A DNA stretch of 64,000 nt from Octopus vulgaris (taxonomy: Eukaryota): positions 131,440,001-131,504,000 of the forward strand of contig OX597818.1 of assembly GCA_951406725.2 (NCBI GenBank), written 5' to 3'. The notes under the pieces are model-generated. The model was not told the DNA's origin. It ran no database searches and saw only the letters and a program-made list of their open reading frames with translations. The position numbers and the translations under genes were made by a program. Position 1 is the first letter of the stretch; every line of letters starts with the position of its first letter. Of the stretch, positions 1-13,942 are shown piece by piece.

Positions 1-607
1 AATGAATATATTTAGTCTCATCAACATTTGGATATCATAGATATCAATGAATGAATAAGCCTGTCAGTCAATTATTCTGTCTGTCTATCTATCTATCCAT
101 CTATCTATACATACATACATATGTATGTTTGTGTTTATGTGCGTGTGTGTGTGTGTGTGTGTGTGTGCACTTGTGTATGTGTATACATCATATGCTTCTA
201 TGGCAACTACCTAATTAGCACTACCAACAAATTCTTTGGCATAAATTCATTCTTTTGTTTTATTTCATATTCAGCAATTCTTGGACATTTCCTGGCATTT
301 TAGTTTGTGCACGATATATTGGATTTACTGGATTGTTTTCTCCTTTTGCACATCCTATTTTAGAATGACAAAAGTTGAAGAAAAAATATCGATTAGGAAA
401 AAAATATATGATGCCACCCACATAAGATACTTGGTTCACCATGTGTAATGGTAGAGACTTTTCATTACTCTAATGACTATATTATGTCTCATCCATATTT
501 TCATTCTTCTTTCCATGTACTTAGGAGATGTGAAACTCTTATAAGTAAAATTAAAATTACAGCCAAATCAATATTAGGATATGGCATAAACTTTTCTATT
601 TACTTAA

Positions 608-1046
608 CCCTTTTGTTACCGTATTTATTTTGAGATGCTCTGTGTTTCTTTCCATTATTTTAAATATAACAAAGAATTTAGAAAATTAACTTAGTTATCA
701 TTAAACCTTTCGTTACTGTATTTATTTTGAGATGCTCTGCGTTTCTTTCAATTACTTTAAATATAACAAAGGATTTAGTCAAATAACTTAGTTATCATTA
801 AGCTGGTATTAGGAACATAAATTGTGACTAAGGTTTGTGGGAAGATTTTAATTCAGAACTTTTGAAAACAAGACATTTATACTGAGAGCCAGAGCTGGTT
901 TCAGCCGGGTTGGTAACGAAAGGGTAGTGTTAGGAACATAAATTGTAACTAAGGTTTAGTGAAAGGTTTTAATTCAAAACTTATGAGAACAAAACATTTG
1001 TACTGCAGAACCAGAGCTGGTTTCAGCCAGGTTGGGAACGAAAGGG
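608..1046. mobile_element. piggyBac-like MITE containing a nested second copy of itself
   Basis: TTAA at 604-607 and 1047-1050 flank TIRs CCCTTTTGTTACC and GGGAACGAAAGGG. An inner copy at 705-924 starts after TTAA 701-704 and ends GGTAACGAAAGGG; its two halves match the split halves of the outer copy. Confidence 0.85.
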
Positions 1047-1182
1047 TTAATACTTGGAAATCGAAAGAGTGACCACTCAGACATAACTCCATCCCAATAT
1101 CTCAGAGAGGAGTGCGAATAGTTTGAGCTAAATATGTCATTGCACTCATTTATATTTACATATTTATGTATTTATTCATACA

Positions 1183-1583
1183 TACTCTTTACTCTTTTAC
1201 TTGTTTCAGTCATTTGACTGCGGCCATGCTGGAGCACCGCCTTTAGTCAAGCTTATTTTTTGTAAGCCCAGTACTTATTCTATCGGTTTTTTTTGCCGAA
1301 CTGCTAAGTGACGGGGACGTAAACACACCAGCATCGGTTGTTAAGCAATGCTAGGGGGACAAACACAGACACACAAACACACACACATACATACTTATAT
1401 ATATATATATACATATATACGACAGGCTTCTTTCAGTTTCTGTCTACCAAATCCACTCACAAGGCATTGGTCGGCCCGGGGCTATAGTAGAAGACACTTG
1501 CCCAAGATGCCACGCAGTGGGACTGAACCCGGAACCATGTGGTTGGTTAGCAAGCTACTTACCACACAGCCACTCCTGCGCCT
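1183..1583 (-). mobile_element. tRNA-derived SINE (SINE-A), near full length
   Basis: Minus strand starts AGGCGCAGGAGTGGCTGTGTGG (A-box) ... GGTTCAGTCCC (B-box), then a CORE-like CTTGGGCAAGT, an internal (TA)n(TG)n tract and an (AAAAGAGT)n tail. Repeated many times in the window; resembles octopus tRNA-SINEs from memory. Confidence 0.9.
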
Positions 1584-1589
1584 ATGTAC

Positions 1590-1881
1590 TTTATTTATTT
1601 ATTTATTTTATTTTATTTTATCTAGTTTCAGCTCATGAGCTGTGGCCATGCTGGGGCACCGCCATTTGGTGTTGCTAAATGATTTTACTTCACGAATGCT
1701 TTTTAGCAATTGCCATTTGGTGCATGAGAGAGTTCGATGCAGCTGCCCTCATCTGCACCTCCTGCCGTGAAGTTGGTTCATCTGGGACACCTGACAGGAA
1801 GAGATCCAGTTTTATTTTAAAGACATCTGCATCCACCCCATGCATATCTCTCAGGTTCTTCAGGAGGATATTGAAGAGCTG
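1590..1881 (-). mobile_element. 5'-truncated CR1/L2-like LINE (ORF2 C-terminus plus 3' UTR)
   Basis: Translation QLFNILLKNLRDMHGVDADVFKIKLDLFLSGVPDEP...RAAASNSLMHQ fits a CR1-type C-terminus. The 3' UTR ends in a hairpin plus GAAAC and a (TAAAA)n tail. Confidence 0.8.
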
Positions 1882-2107
1882 TATGTATATATGCAAATGT
1901 AAATGTAGGTATTAACATAGATTTACATTTTTTTTTCCCTTTTGGTGCATAGATACATTTAGCAATAGGGTAAATGCTCGCATGCAATTGTCAGTGACAA
2001 GAAGAGCATCAGGCTATAGAAAATCTGCCACAATGAATTTTGTTTGACCAATGCAAACATGGGTAAGTGGGTGTTAAAATGGTAATGATGGTGGAGATGA
2101 CATATAT

Positions 2108-2504
2108 CTCTTTTACTCTTTTACTTGCTTCAATCATTTGACTGCAGCCATGCTGGAGCACCAACATTAGTCGAGCAAATCGACCCCAGGACCTTTGTAA
2201 GCCTAGTACTTATTCTATCGGTCTTTTTTGCCGAACTGCTAAGTTATGGGGATGTAAACACACCAGCATCGGTTGTCAAGCGATTTTGGGGGGACAGATA
2301 CACAAACACACACACACATATATATATACATATACATATATACGACGGGCTTCTTTCAGCTTCCATCTACTAAATCCACTCGCAAGGCTTTGGTGGGCCT
2401 GAGGGTATAGTAGAAGACACTTGCCCAAGGTGCCATGCAGTGGGGACTGAACCCGGAACCATGTGGCTGGCAAGCAAGCTACTTACCACACAGCCACTCC
2501 TGCG
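2108..2504 (-). mobile_element. SINE-A copy
   Basis: Colinear with 1183-1583. Confidence 0.9.
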
Positions 2505-2569
2505 TAAAATATGTGTGGGTGTATGAGTGTGTGTCTGTCTATATATTAAGTATATATATGTGTTTATGT

Positions 2570-2748
2570 GTGAAAAGCTTTTCACCAACTGTTACTAAGA
2601 GTTTCATGTTACTGTTCTTCAGACAGTTGTGGAAACTCTGAGAAACGGTTAGTGAAGAATTTTTTAGCTTTAATAAAAGCATATTACTCTTCCTTCAGTA
2701 TTCAAGTAATATTTTTTCCACCTTGTTTTGCTTTTATGTGCTTATTTG
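2570..2748. mobile_element. Penelope-type pseudo-LTR fold-back remnant (hammerhead family 1)
   Basis: Short inverted arms (TTCACCAACTGTTACTAAGAGTTTC versus GAAACTCTGAGAAACGGTTAGTGAA); homologous copy at 45726-45847. Confidence 0.65.
2586..2629 (-). ncRNA. Type I hammerhead ribozyme motif (stem II decayed)
   Basis: Minus strand: CAACTGT-CTGAAGA-ACAGTAACAT-GAAA-CTCTTAG-TA-ACAGTTG. Stem I is 7 bp, the CUGANGA and GAAA core is intact, and the cleavage triplet is GUA. Confidence 0.7.
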
Positions 2749-3150
2749 TGTGTGTATGTATGTGTGTGGGTGTGTGTGTGTGAGTGCATACATACATATA
2801 TAGATAGATGATAGATAGATATACATATGTGTGTGTGTGTGTGCGTGAGTGCATACATACATATATAGATAGATGATAGATAGATATATGTGTGTGTGTG
2901 TGTGTGTGAGTGCATACAGATGATAGATAGATATACATATGTGTGTGTGTGAGTGCATACATACATATATAGATAGATATACATATGTGTGTGTGTGTGT
3001 GTGTGTGAGTGCATACATATATACATATATAGATAGATGATAGATAGATATACATATGTGTGTGTGTGTGTGTGTGTGTGTGAGTGCATACATATATAGA
3101 TAGATGATAGATAGATATACATATATGTGTGTGTGTGTGTGTGTGTCTAT
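2745..3150. repeat. Higher-order compound microsatellite array
   Basis: Unit (TG)n-AGTGCATAC-(TA)-(GATA)n; the anchor GAGTGCATA recurs at about 2782, 2847, 2908, 2951, 3007 and 3082. Confidence 0.85.
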
Positions 3151-3567
3151 AGATATGCATCATATGCTTGTAAGTTAGTGTGTCGATGAATGTATGTACA
3201 CAAAATTACTAATATATTACATTTAATAGCAAAAGAAGAGAGAAAAAAAACAAAACCAGACAAGAAGGTACGAAACAATGAACTCCAACAGAAGCCAACC
3301 CATACCTGACCACACCACACCACACCACACCACAACACCCCCTTCCCCCCCACCACCAAAAAAAGAAGAAGAAGATGTAAAACAAAACTAAAACAACAAT
3401 TTTCCAACAAAACTGATGAAGCTACAATATAAAGCAAATACAGTCCGGTTGATTGTCCAATCAGGCTTATTAGATTAGCCATGAGCTTTACTCACCCAGG
3501 TAAACCTGGTTCAGAAGCAACACAGAACACATGAATAAATAATAAACAAATAACTACCACTGTTGCC

Positions 3568-3580
3568 ATTATTATTATTG

Positions 3581-3638
<58 letters not shown>

Positions 3639-3748
3639 AGCGGAAGATAATGACGCATGCTAATGATAATAACAACAATTACAACAGTGATAAAAAACTG
3701 GTGATGACGATGATGGTGACTAGGATAATAATAATAATAACAATAACA

Positions 3749-3809
<61 letters not shown>

Positions 3810-3844
3810 TAATAACAATAATGATAATAATAATAACAATAATG

Positions 3845-3884
<40 letters not shown>

Positions 3885-3940
3885 TAATAATAATAATAAT
3901 AATAATAACAACAACAACAACAATAATATTAACAATAATG

Positions 3941-3971
<31 letters not shown>

Positions 3972-4072
3972 TGATGATAATAACGATAATAATAATAATA
4001 ATAATAATAACAATAATGATAATAATAATAATAATAATAACGATAATAATAACAATAATGATAATGATGATG

Positions 4073-4130
<58 letters not shown>
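3568..4130. repeat. (TTA)n tract followed by a long (AAT)n tract
   Basis: Direct reading; source of the poly-L and poly-I ORFs. Confidence 0.95.
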
Positions 4131-4132
<2 letters not shown>

Positions 4133-5163
4133 GTAATCGATAACTAGTTTATTAGGCTACTTTTGTGGTGACCAGCAGAACTCAAGTGCAACACTATTGG
4201 ATCTTGTCAGTTTGTTCCGGTATTCTGTACACAATATGACCAACAAGGTGTTCACTTTTTTTTTTCCTTTTATACACACACTTGGATATATATACACACC
4301 TATATAAATATGTATATACACATGCCCATATATACACACATGCATATATGTGTGTGTGTGTGTGGGTGTATGTATGTATACATATATAGGGGGGGGTGAT
4401 TTTGTAGTGTTTTCTACTTCTTTTTTGTTTCCCCATATCAAACATGGGTAGAGAGGGTTTATATGTCTAGGAAAAGCATCAATAACCATGTATAACACAC
4501 CCTGAGGCTTACAAAACCTAAATTCTGAACAAATAAGTGATTGGTTCAAATTTCAGAAAACAAAAGAAGAGACAAAAAAGAGAAACGTAATAAAATAAAA
4601 TAAAATAAAATTACAGATAAAAAAAACAAAATAAATAAAGAAAAGAAAAGAAGTATATATGAGGCAAATGAAGGTTTTAGTTTTAGTTTATACAAGTAGT
4701 TTAAATAATTATTAAAGACAATATAACTTATAAGAAGAAGAACTGAAAATAACTAAGAAAAAATAGACATAATACTATGAGAGAATGAGGGGGGAGAATG
4801 TATATAATAGAAAAGTGCAAGAATTTAAAAAAAGAACAAACAAAAACCAAAAAGAATGTTGGGGGAGTATCTATGCTTGAATTCATCAAGATTTAAGGTG
4901 AAAAGTGATGACAATGGTAGTGGTGATAATGATGATGATGGTGATAGTGGTGATGACGATAATGATGATGATGACAATGATGATGACAATGATGATGGTG
5001 GTAATGATTTTCAAGATCATGATAATAACAATACTAATGATGATGATGATGATTGACTAAATTTGATAATTAAAAAAAAAAATAAGTCATTTAAAAAAAA
5101 AAAATTGCATTTCTCTTTTTCTTTGCTTTCATTAGCATTTACCAACACACACATTCATGGATC

Positions 5164-6064
<901 letters not shown>

Positions 6065-6641
6065 CACTATCTGTCATAGTTATGAAATAAAATACATAAA
6101 TAAGTATATAAACGTGCATAAAACAAACAGATACCATCCTCACCACCATCACTACCACCATCACTTACAACAAAAACAACAATGAAACCTAACTCCAAAA
6201 TATAAACACACACACACACACACACACACATACATACATACATACACACAAATACACAGTCAGAAGATTTTTCAGCTACTTGAATATATTAGCCGTTAAC
6301 TATGCTGTAAAAATTTTGTAATCAAAACCTCAAACATTGAAGAACTTTCCATCTTGCCTCCAAGATAGTAAGAATGAACTAATTATGAAGAAAAAAAGTG
6401 GAAAAAAAAATACATAAATAAAAACAGAAAAAAAAAACCATAAAAAAATAAAATCGGCCCTTATTCTTAAAAGTGGTATGGATGATTCAGAATATGCCAG
6501 AAATCAAATCTGGCTGAAACAAGAGAAAGCCATACCTCTCCCTCTACACACACAGATAGAGAGAGGGCATACACTGTTCTTGCACCCATCCCTTACCAGA
6601 ACACGTAAGAATACATATATATACATACATATATTTATATA

Positions 6642-6778
<137 letters not shown>

Positions 6779-7017
6779 TACATATATATATACACACCCA
6801 TATATACACATACACACACACATACATATATATACATATATATATATATATACTTATTTACAGTGTATTATTGAACTACATGTCTCATGTCTGCATATAT
6901 ACATACATACACACAAACACACACATATATGTATATGTGTATACATGAATGTATGTATGTACATATATATATATATATATATATTTGCGTGTGTGTGTGT
7001 ATACATATATATATATT

Positions 7018-7075
<58 letters not shown>

Positions 7076-7203
7076 CATGTACAGACAGAAGTATATTACA
7101 TAGATATGTATTTATGCATGTTTATGTATCAATATTCACATAAATATACATAGATAACCGTACACAGTTAACTACACACATATATACACACACAAACACA
7201 CTG

Positions 7204-7241
<38 letters not shown>

Positions 7242-7627
7242 ATACTAACATGCCTACAAACTCACATTCATACATACATGCTCACAAACATACATGTATG
7301 TATGTACATAGACACATATTTATGTACATGTATGTAAGTTTGAAATGAGGCACTGTGATGTTCATATCGACTAACAATGTCAGTACATTGCTAATTTAAT
7401 CATCGCCAAAATTATCTGTGCTCCCCAGCAAACAGAATCTAATTGTTGTCATGTTAACCTAATATATTTTGCATCATTTCAAACTAGTTAAGTTGTTAAT
7501 TAGGTTGTTTTTAGCCGTCAGTAACTGGTGGACCCCAAAAGACTGGAAAAATGAATGTAGACAAAGATTTGTGTTCATTTATAGATTGGAATTCAATGAT
7601 ACTCCCTAAATTTACTACAGGAGATAG

Positions 7628-7638
7628 TTAGATAGATG

Positions 7639-7712
<74 letters not shown>

Positions 7713-7739
7713 GAGAGATAGATAGATAAAGATTTGTGT

Positions 7740-7773
<34 letters not shown>

Positions 7774-7798
7774 CAGATAGACAGACAGACAGACAGAC

Positions 7799-7834
<36 letters not shown>

Positions 7835-7958
7835 ATAGATAGAAAGACAGATAGAAAGAGAGAGAGATAGATAGATAAAGATTTGTGTGATAGATAGATA
7901 GATAGATAGATAAAGATTTGTGTGATAGATAGATAGATAGATAGATAAAGATTTGTGT

Positions 7959-8005
<47 letters not shown>
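7628..8005. repeat. (GATA)n array with four AAAGATTTGTGT interruptions
   Basis: Direct reading. Confidence 0.95.
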
Positions 8006-8006
<1 letters not shown>

Positions 8007-9250
8007 CAGAGAGGGAGAGTGGGGTAGAAAGAGTGAGAGAAATAGTGAAGATGAGAAAGTGATTGCTTCCTCTGGTGAAAGTTGCAAACAAGCAATAACA
8101 CAACAACAATAATGTTGATAATAATAGCAATAATAATGGTGTTAATAATGATAACAAGAAGAAGAAGAACGATGATGTTGGTAATAGTAATAATGATGAT
8201 GTAGGTGATGGTGATGATAATGGTTATGTTGGTAATAAGAATAATAACAATAATTGCAATAACAGCAAATGGAAGAAACAAATAAAAAAAAAATGGCAAC
8301 ATGAAAAAAAAAGCGATTATTAAAAAAAAAAATGTATGCACAAAGCAAAACAAGGCAGAGGACAAGAGAAAATCCATGGAGATGATGCAAGCATTCATAG
8401 GAGAAATACATATAATTACATAAGATTTAAAAGTAAAAAAGAAGAGCCTAAAATATCGTACACATTTCTGTACACAAACACACAAGAGTGTATGTTTGTG
8501 TGTAAAATCAGAATCTGACGTTGTTTATTTTCACTAAGGAATATGAATTACATAGTTTGTTAAAATAATTTGATATTTTGTAATTTTCTGCTCAATGAAT
8601 TCAATTTTGGAATGGTCTTCCATTGTTAACACATATACTCACAGACACACACACACATGCACGCACACACACACACACATGCACACACGCATGCACACAC
8701 ACACACACACATATATGTATACATAAATATATATACATATGTGTGTATGTGTGTGTGTATACACAGACAAATGGAAAGAGAGAGAGTTTCTGAATATTAT
8801 CATCAGCCAAATTATAAAATAATTTTTTCATGCTACCATGGATTATTTGAGACATATATATATATATATAAATATATATATACATACATACATACATACA
8901 CACATACATACGTACACACACACACACATTATATACGCATGTGTAAGGAATGGACAAGAAAGGGAGTAATCAACATCACATTGGTAACAGAATGACTTCT
9001 AAGGACAGAATGATTGGTTTTAATGAAGAACTGATAATTTCATGCTGATATTTGACAATTTCAGCAACTGTTCAACTGTAGATAGACTAACCCTAACATA
9101 CAAAATTAGAAAGAAGGGTAAGAAAGTTTCACATCCTTCTTTTATATATGTATTCAGAGACAAAGACATTTGAAGGGTAAAACAATGTGAAGCGCATTGT
9201 GACCAGTGATGTGTACCAACATCTGATAGCCTGGTCGGTCACGGTCACGG

Positions 9251-9299
<49 letters not shown>

Positions 9300-9447
9300 T
9301 TTGTCTACATGTACTCTTATTGGTGCAAAACCAATGGTCACTCTATGACCAGCCATAAACTTTTTAACTTCCTGAAAAATATATTACTGCTCTAATGCTT
9401 CAGAGTATGCTTCCCTTTCAGATATATGAACTACTGATGATATGTAT

Positions 9448-9500
<53 letters not shown>

Positions 9501-9934
9501 TACACACACCTTCGAAAGATCTGCCAGTGTTAAATCTATGAAATACCACAACGGAGGTTTAAGTTTTGTCAAAATCAAGAACTTGTTTAAACCAAATCCC
9601 TCAACATTTCCCTATTTTAAAGGCTAATTTTTTTCTCGCGTAATGTCTGCTCGCTGCATACAAATATCAGGATTTTGATTATGCCGTGCATGTATTATAA
9701 AATTACAAATGTAGAAATAAGCAGTGAAATGATTGAAAATGCAGTAACATACCTTTATGCAATTTAATGTGATTTTTCATGAAATTCCTGGTAACTTCTT
9801 CCAGACTTCTAGGGATCCAGAGAACTGATAATACAGATCCCTAGAATACCAAGAAACCCTAGTTGACGTCTATATCTAGCATATTGAGCGTCCACTTTTA
9901 GTGGTCAGTCCTTTACATTTTATATATATATATA

Positions 9935-11050
9935 TAGAGTTCCAAAAAATGTATACACACATTGACTGCTGATAGCTTACTTCACATTTCTTTCAAGATT
10001 TAACCTGTTAGAAAGAATGCAAGGAGCTAGACTAAGTTTTGAGTAAAGGAACTTTAATATAAACTGTTACTGAAAGTTTGAAAATGTAGTGAAAAGACAG
10101 TTTAGGTGGAAATTTTAAACAAATCCATCTACATGATGGATATGGAATTGTTCAGAATGTCCACAAGAATTGTGTCACAAGACAGCAAACATAGATAGAC
10201 CCACAAAGTAAGAAGGGGTACTAGAAATGTATTGGCAAAGTTCCAGAAAATTTTGTACAGCAAGCAGGTCATGAGATAAGAATTTCAAAATCAACCTTCT
10301 ACCAAATTTTGAGTGGCTGTCACTGGAAAAGTTGAATCCTCAGAATAGTTTATGCTCTCAATGGAAATGAACCAGATTCAAGAGTGGGGTTTTGTGAGTG
10401 GTATTTGGCAAGATGTGTAGAAGAACACTTTTCACAAAAGATTGTTTGGAGTCATGAGGCTACGTTTAAATTAAGTGGATCAATTAACTACCACGACTAC
10501 ACCTACTGTCAATTTTCTGGGTGTCATAGTATGAAGCATCAAAGGGATTAACCAGATGACTCCTTTTTGATGATGCTGCAACTTGTCCTGTATACTTGAA
10601 CTTGATGTGACAATCATGCCAAACATTCATGATGACATTGAAGATTCCAAGCAAGATGGTTGCCCTCCACACTACCATAGTAATGTAGCGGCTTACTTTG
10701 ATGAGATTGGTCAGAGAGATTCAATACAATACCCACTATATTCACTGGACCTCACACCATTAGAGTTTTTCTGATAAGAATACTGATAAAGTTCACAGTG
10801 CAAAACCAGCAACAGTTAATGAATTGAGAGAAAGAATATACATAAAAACTGAATGAAATATTTTTTGATATTTGTTATTCCAGCGCTTTGTGTCACCAGC
10901 AATAACTGAACCAGAATGTTGCTGAATTTGAAAACAGGTGTTCATTATAAAATTAAATGCTGCCTATAGATTCAATTAAATTTTGAAAATAAAATATATT
11001 TTAATAAAAACTGACTTCATAATGTGAGTATGCATTTTTTGAAGACACCC
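9935..11050 (+). mobile_element. Decayed Tc1/mariner transposon (rosa/DD41D-like motifs)
   Basis: Imperfect TIRs (CAAAAAATGTATACACACATT near 9943-9963; AATGTGAGTATGCATTTTTTG at 11021-11041). Transposase remnants: [16 protein letters not shown] (10441), KQDGCPPHY (~10650), PLYSLDLTPLEFF (~10735). Confidence 0.8.
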
Positions 11051-11708
11051 ACACACACACAGAAGCAGTCCCTACTTAAAGTCATTTTGCTATAACGCCA
11101 ATGAGAAATACAATAGAATACTGTTTAATAAAAATCTGTAGTACAAGCCTCTCAATCATTCAGTTCTCATTCTTTTGAAATCTCTAACATTATTCAATTT
11201 GGTAAAAATATAATTTTAAAATAAATAAAAAAATAAAATATACTAATTACTTTCTTTTATTTCATAGTCATCACCTATGATACAATCTTTATATGTCAAC
11301 TGTCTACTTTATGGAGATGCAATTTCTTTAATGTATCACAATACTTAAAATGTAAAATGAACTAAGCAATATAGAGAATAAAAATGTATATTTAGCAGAA
11401 AGAAAGTAATGTATTTCTAAAGCAGTGCCTGTTTAATCTTTATTACTCCACTTAAAAACATCATAAGTAACTCTATTCCCTTCGTTGTACTGAGTACAAA
11501 AGATTCCTTTTTGGTTTTTCACTAATAATTTCCCATTCTGCTGACCTTTTAAATATGATTTTGCTTGAAAATCATAAGTTAAGACAAATAATTTGGATAA
11601 ACAAAATAATATAGAGAGGTGCAAGTGTACAAATTAAAATAAAGTTGATAAATGGTGAACTATATAATAAAATCTATCAAACCTGGTCAAATTTTATTAC
11701 TGCATAGT

Positions 11709-12725
11709 TCATCATCATCACCATCATCATTTAAAGTCTGCTTTCCATGATTGTATGGGTTGGACGGTTTGTCTCAAGACTGGTAAGCCAAAAGGCTGTA
11801 TCAGGCTCCAATCTGATCTGGCAAGGCTTCTAGGGCTGGATGCTCTTCCTAATGCCGACCACTCCAAGAGTGTAGAAGGTACTTTTTATGAGCCACCGGC
11901 ACAAGGGCTAGTCAGGCAGCACTGGCAATGACCATGCTCGAATGATGCTTTTTACATTCCACTGGCACATGTGCCAGTCAGGTGGTACTGGCAACAACCA
12001 TGCTCGAATGGTACTTTTTACATGCCACTGGCATAGGAGCCAGTCAGGTGGCATTGGCAATGACCACACTCGAATGGTGCTTTTTACATACCACTGGCAC
12101 AGGATCAGTCAAGCAGCACTGGCACCGACCATGCTTAAATGGTGCTTTTTATGTGCCACTGGCACTGGAACCAGTCAGGTGGAACAGGCATTGACCATGC
12201 TTGAACGGTGCCTTTTATGTGCCACCAGCATGGGTGCCAGTCAGGTGGTACTGGTATCAACCACAACAATGATTTCACTTGACACAACAGGTCTACTCAA
12301 GCACAATTTATTGCCCAATGATTGAAGGGTAGTCTTAAATGGGTCAGTTATGCTACACTGACATAGGCCACAGTTATGGTCTCACTTGGCTTGCCAGATC
12401 TTCTCAAGCACAACATATATCCAAAGGTCTCAGTTGCTCATCATCACCTCCATGAAGCCCAACAGTCGAAGGTCATGCTTCACCAGCTCATCCCATGTCT
12501 TCTTGAGCCTACCTTTACCTTTTTAGTAGTTGACTATGGTGTTGCAGCACCAGTCATTGGGCATGACTCCTTCATGCATCACCTGGTTGACTATACTAGT
12601 GACTAGACTATAGCCAACACTGCCAGATATTTTAAGCATCTCTGCTGTGATTCCTGATGGGCTGAGGGCTTTCCCTGTCTTCATACCTTTAATTACTTTA
12701 TCTATCAAGGTACTGTCAATTTGGA
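11709..12725 (-). mobile_element. RTE-clade LINE remnant: internally deleted ORF, 3' UTR with 66-bp minisatellite, (ATG)n tail
   Basis: KVIKGMKTGKALSPSGITAEMLK...PNDWCCNTIVNY*KGKG joins directly to C-terminal RLKKTWDELVKHDL. Six ~66-bp units lie at 11878-12262. Confidence 0.85.
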
Positions 12726-13720
12726 GAATAATATTAGCAGATGCTCCTGGCAATTTTTACTCTACAATTGACAATTCCTCAATTTATTTCTGTTTCAGTG
12801 ACAGTTAATATGCTGTCTCCAAGTACAGAATAAAAATTGAAAAAGCAGAGGAAAAATGTAACATTAGAAACTAAATTTTAGAATATTGGGAAAATTCACT
12901 AATAGGTATTGAGCTGTAGATATTGGAATAACTTTTGGTCAGCAAACAACAACAGTATGAATAATTTGTAGTAATGCTCCAAAAATTACAGCAATCCTTT
13001 AGCTGCTACAAAATTAACCTTGAATAGAACCAGTTAGTGGACTATATGGAAAGATGTTTGGAAACCAAATGAGGATATACAGAAGGAAGAGCATCCAATC
13101 ATAGGAAAGTTGGCCTCAACAAAATTTTGTCTAACCCATATCAGCATTGGAAAAAGAGATGCAAAACTGATGGTGATTATATTAATGAGTGTGTGTGAAT
13201 CAGTGTAACTTTCGATGGTCATTACTTGCTTATCAAATGAAAGCTCTTAGTGTATTTGGTAACTTAGGTAAAAGGAAAAGAAACAAAGAATTCTAGCGTG
13301 AAAACATCACAACTGTTGTGGTTTGTTTGAGCATTTCAAGAATCACTGAAGAAAAGCAGAACATACAGAAAGTAAAGGAGTCTGGAAGAGCTAACTGAAA
13401 TCACAGTGATTTCTCAGTTTTATTTTTCAAAGAAATCAGGTGGCTATCAAAAGCTATTCTAAATCTTATCTTTCTGTTCTATGGCAGAAAAGAAGAAAAT
13501 AACATTGCCTAACAAAATTTCAATTATTTTATCTTTGTTCATTAAATATTATTTCCTATTTGCTTCTACCTAGAAATGAAAGGAGATAGCTATTATTCCC
13601 TTCAAACTTTGCTTTTATGACATGGACATCAATGTTTTGAAACTGACCTGTTTTCCATTACATTTCAGACAGATTCAGGGTTGAGTTCTTGAAGTAGAAA
13701 TATTGTTAGAGTAAATATTC

Positions 13721-13942
13721 TTATTTCTTTATTGCCCACAAGGACCTAAACATAGAGGGGACAAACAAGGACAGACAAACGGATTAAGTCGATTATATCG
13801 ACCCCAGTGCGTAACTGGTACTTAATTTATCGACCCCGAAAGGATGAAAGGCAAAGTCGACCTTGGCGGAATTTGAACGTAACGGCAAATGAAATTAGGT
13901 TACGCATTTTGTTCAGCATGCTAAGGATTCTGCCAGCTCGCC
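13721..13942 (-). mobile_element. tRNA-derived SINE (SINE-D, variant tail)
   Basis: Head GGCGAGCTGGCAGAATC...GTTCAAATTCC and central GCCTTTCATCCTTTCGGGGTCGATAAA (Meta-domain-like, from memory); same variant at 24541-24772. Confidence 0.85.

Noticed and set aside
3411-3452. Hammerhead-like CTGATGA-A-GCT...AGC
   Set aside because: No GAAA after stem II and no clear stems I or III; chance or too decayed to call.
4856-5056. Asp-rich biomineralisation-type protein
   Set aside because: Degenerate (GAT)n tract without splice or domain support.
8786-8806. Minus-strand CTGATGA-N9-GAAAC
   Set aside because: No stem II, stem III or stem I pairing.
9807-9846. 11-bp inverted repeat TTCTAGGGATC / GATCCCTAGAA as a terminator or ncRNA
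   Set aside because: Eukaryotic context; most likely an internal remnant of a small DNA transposon.
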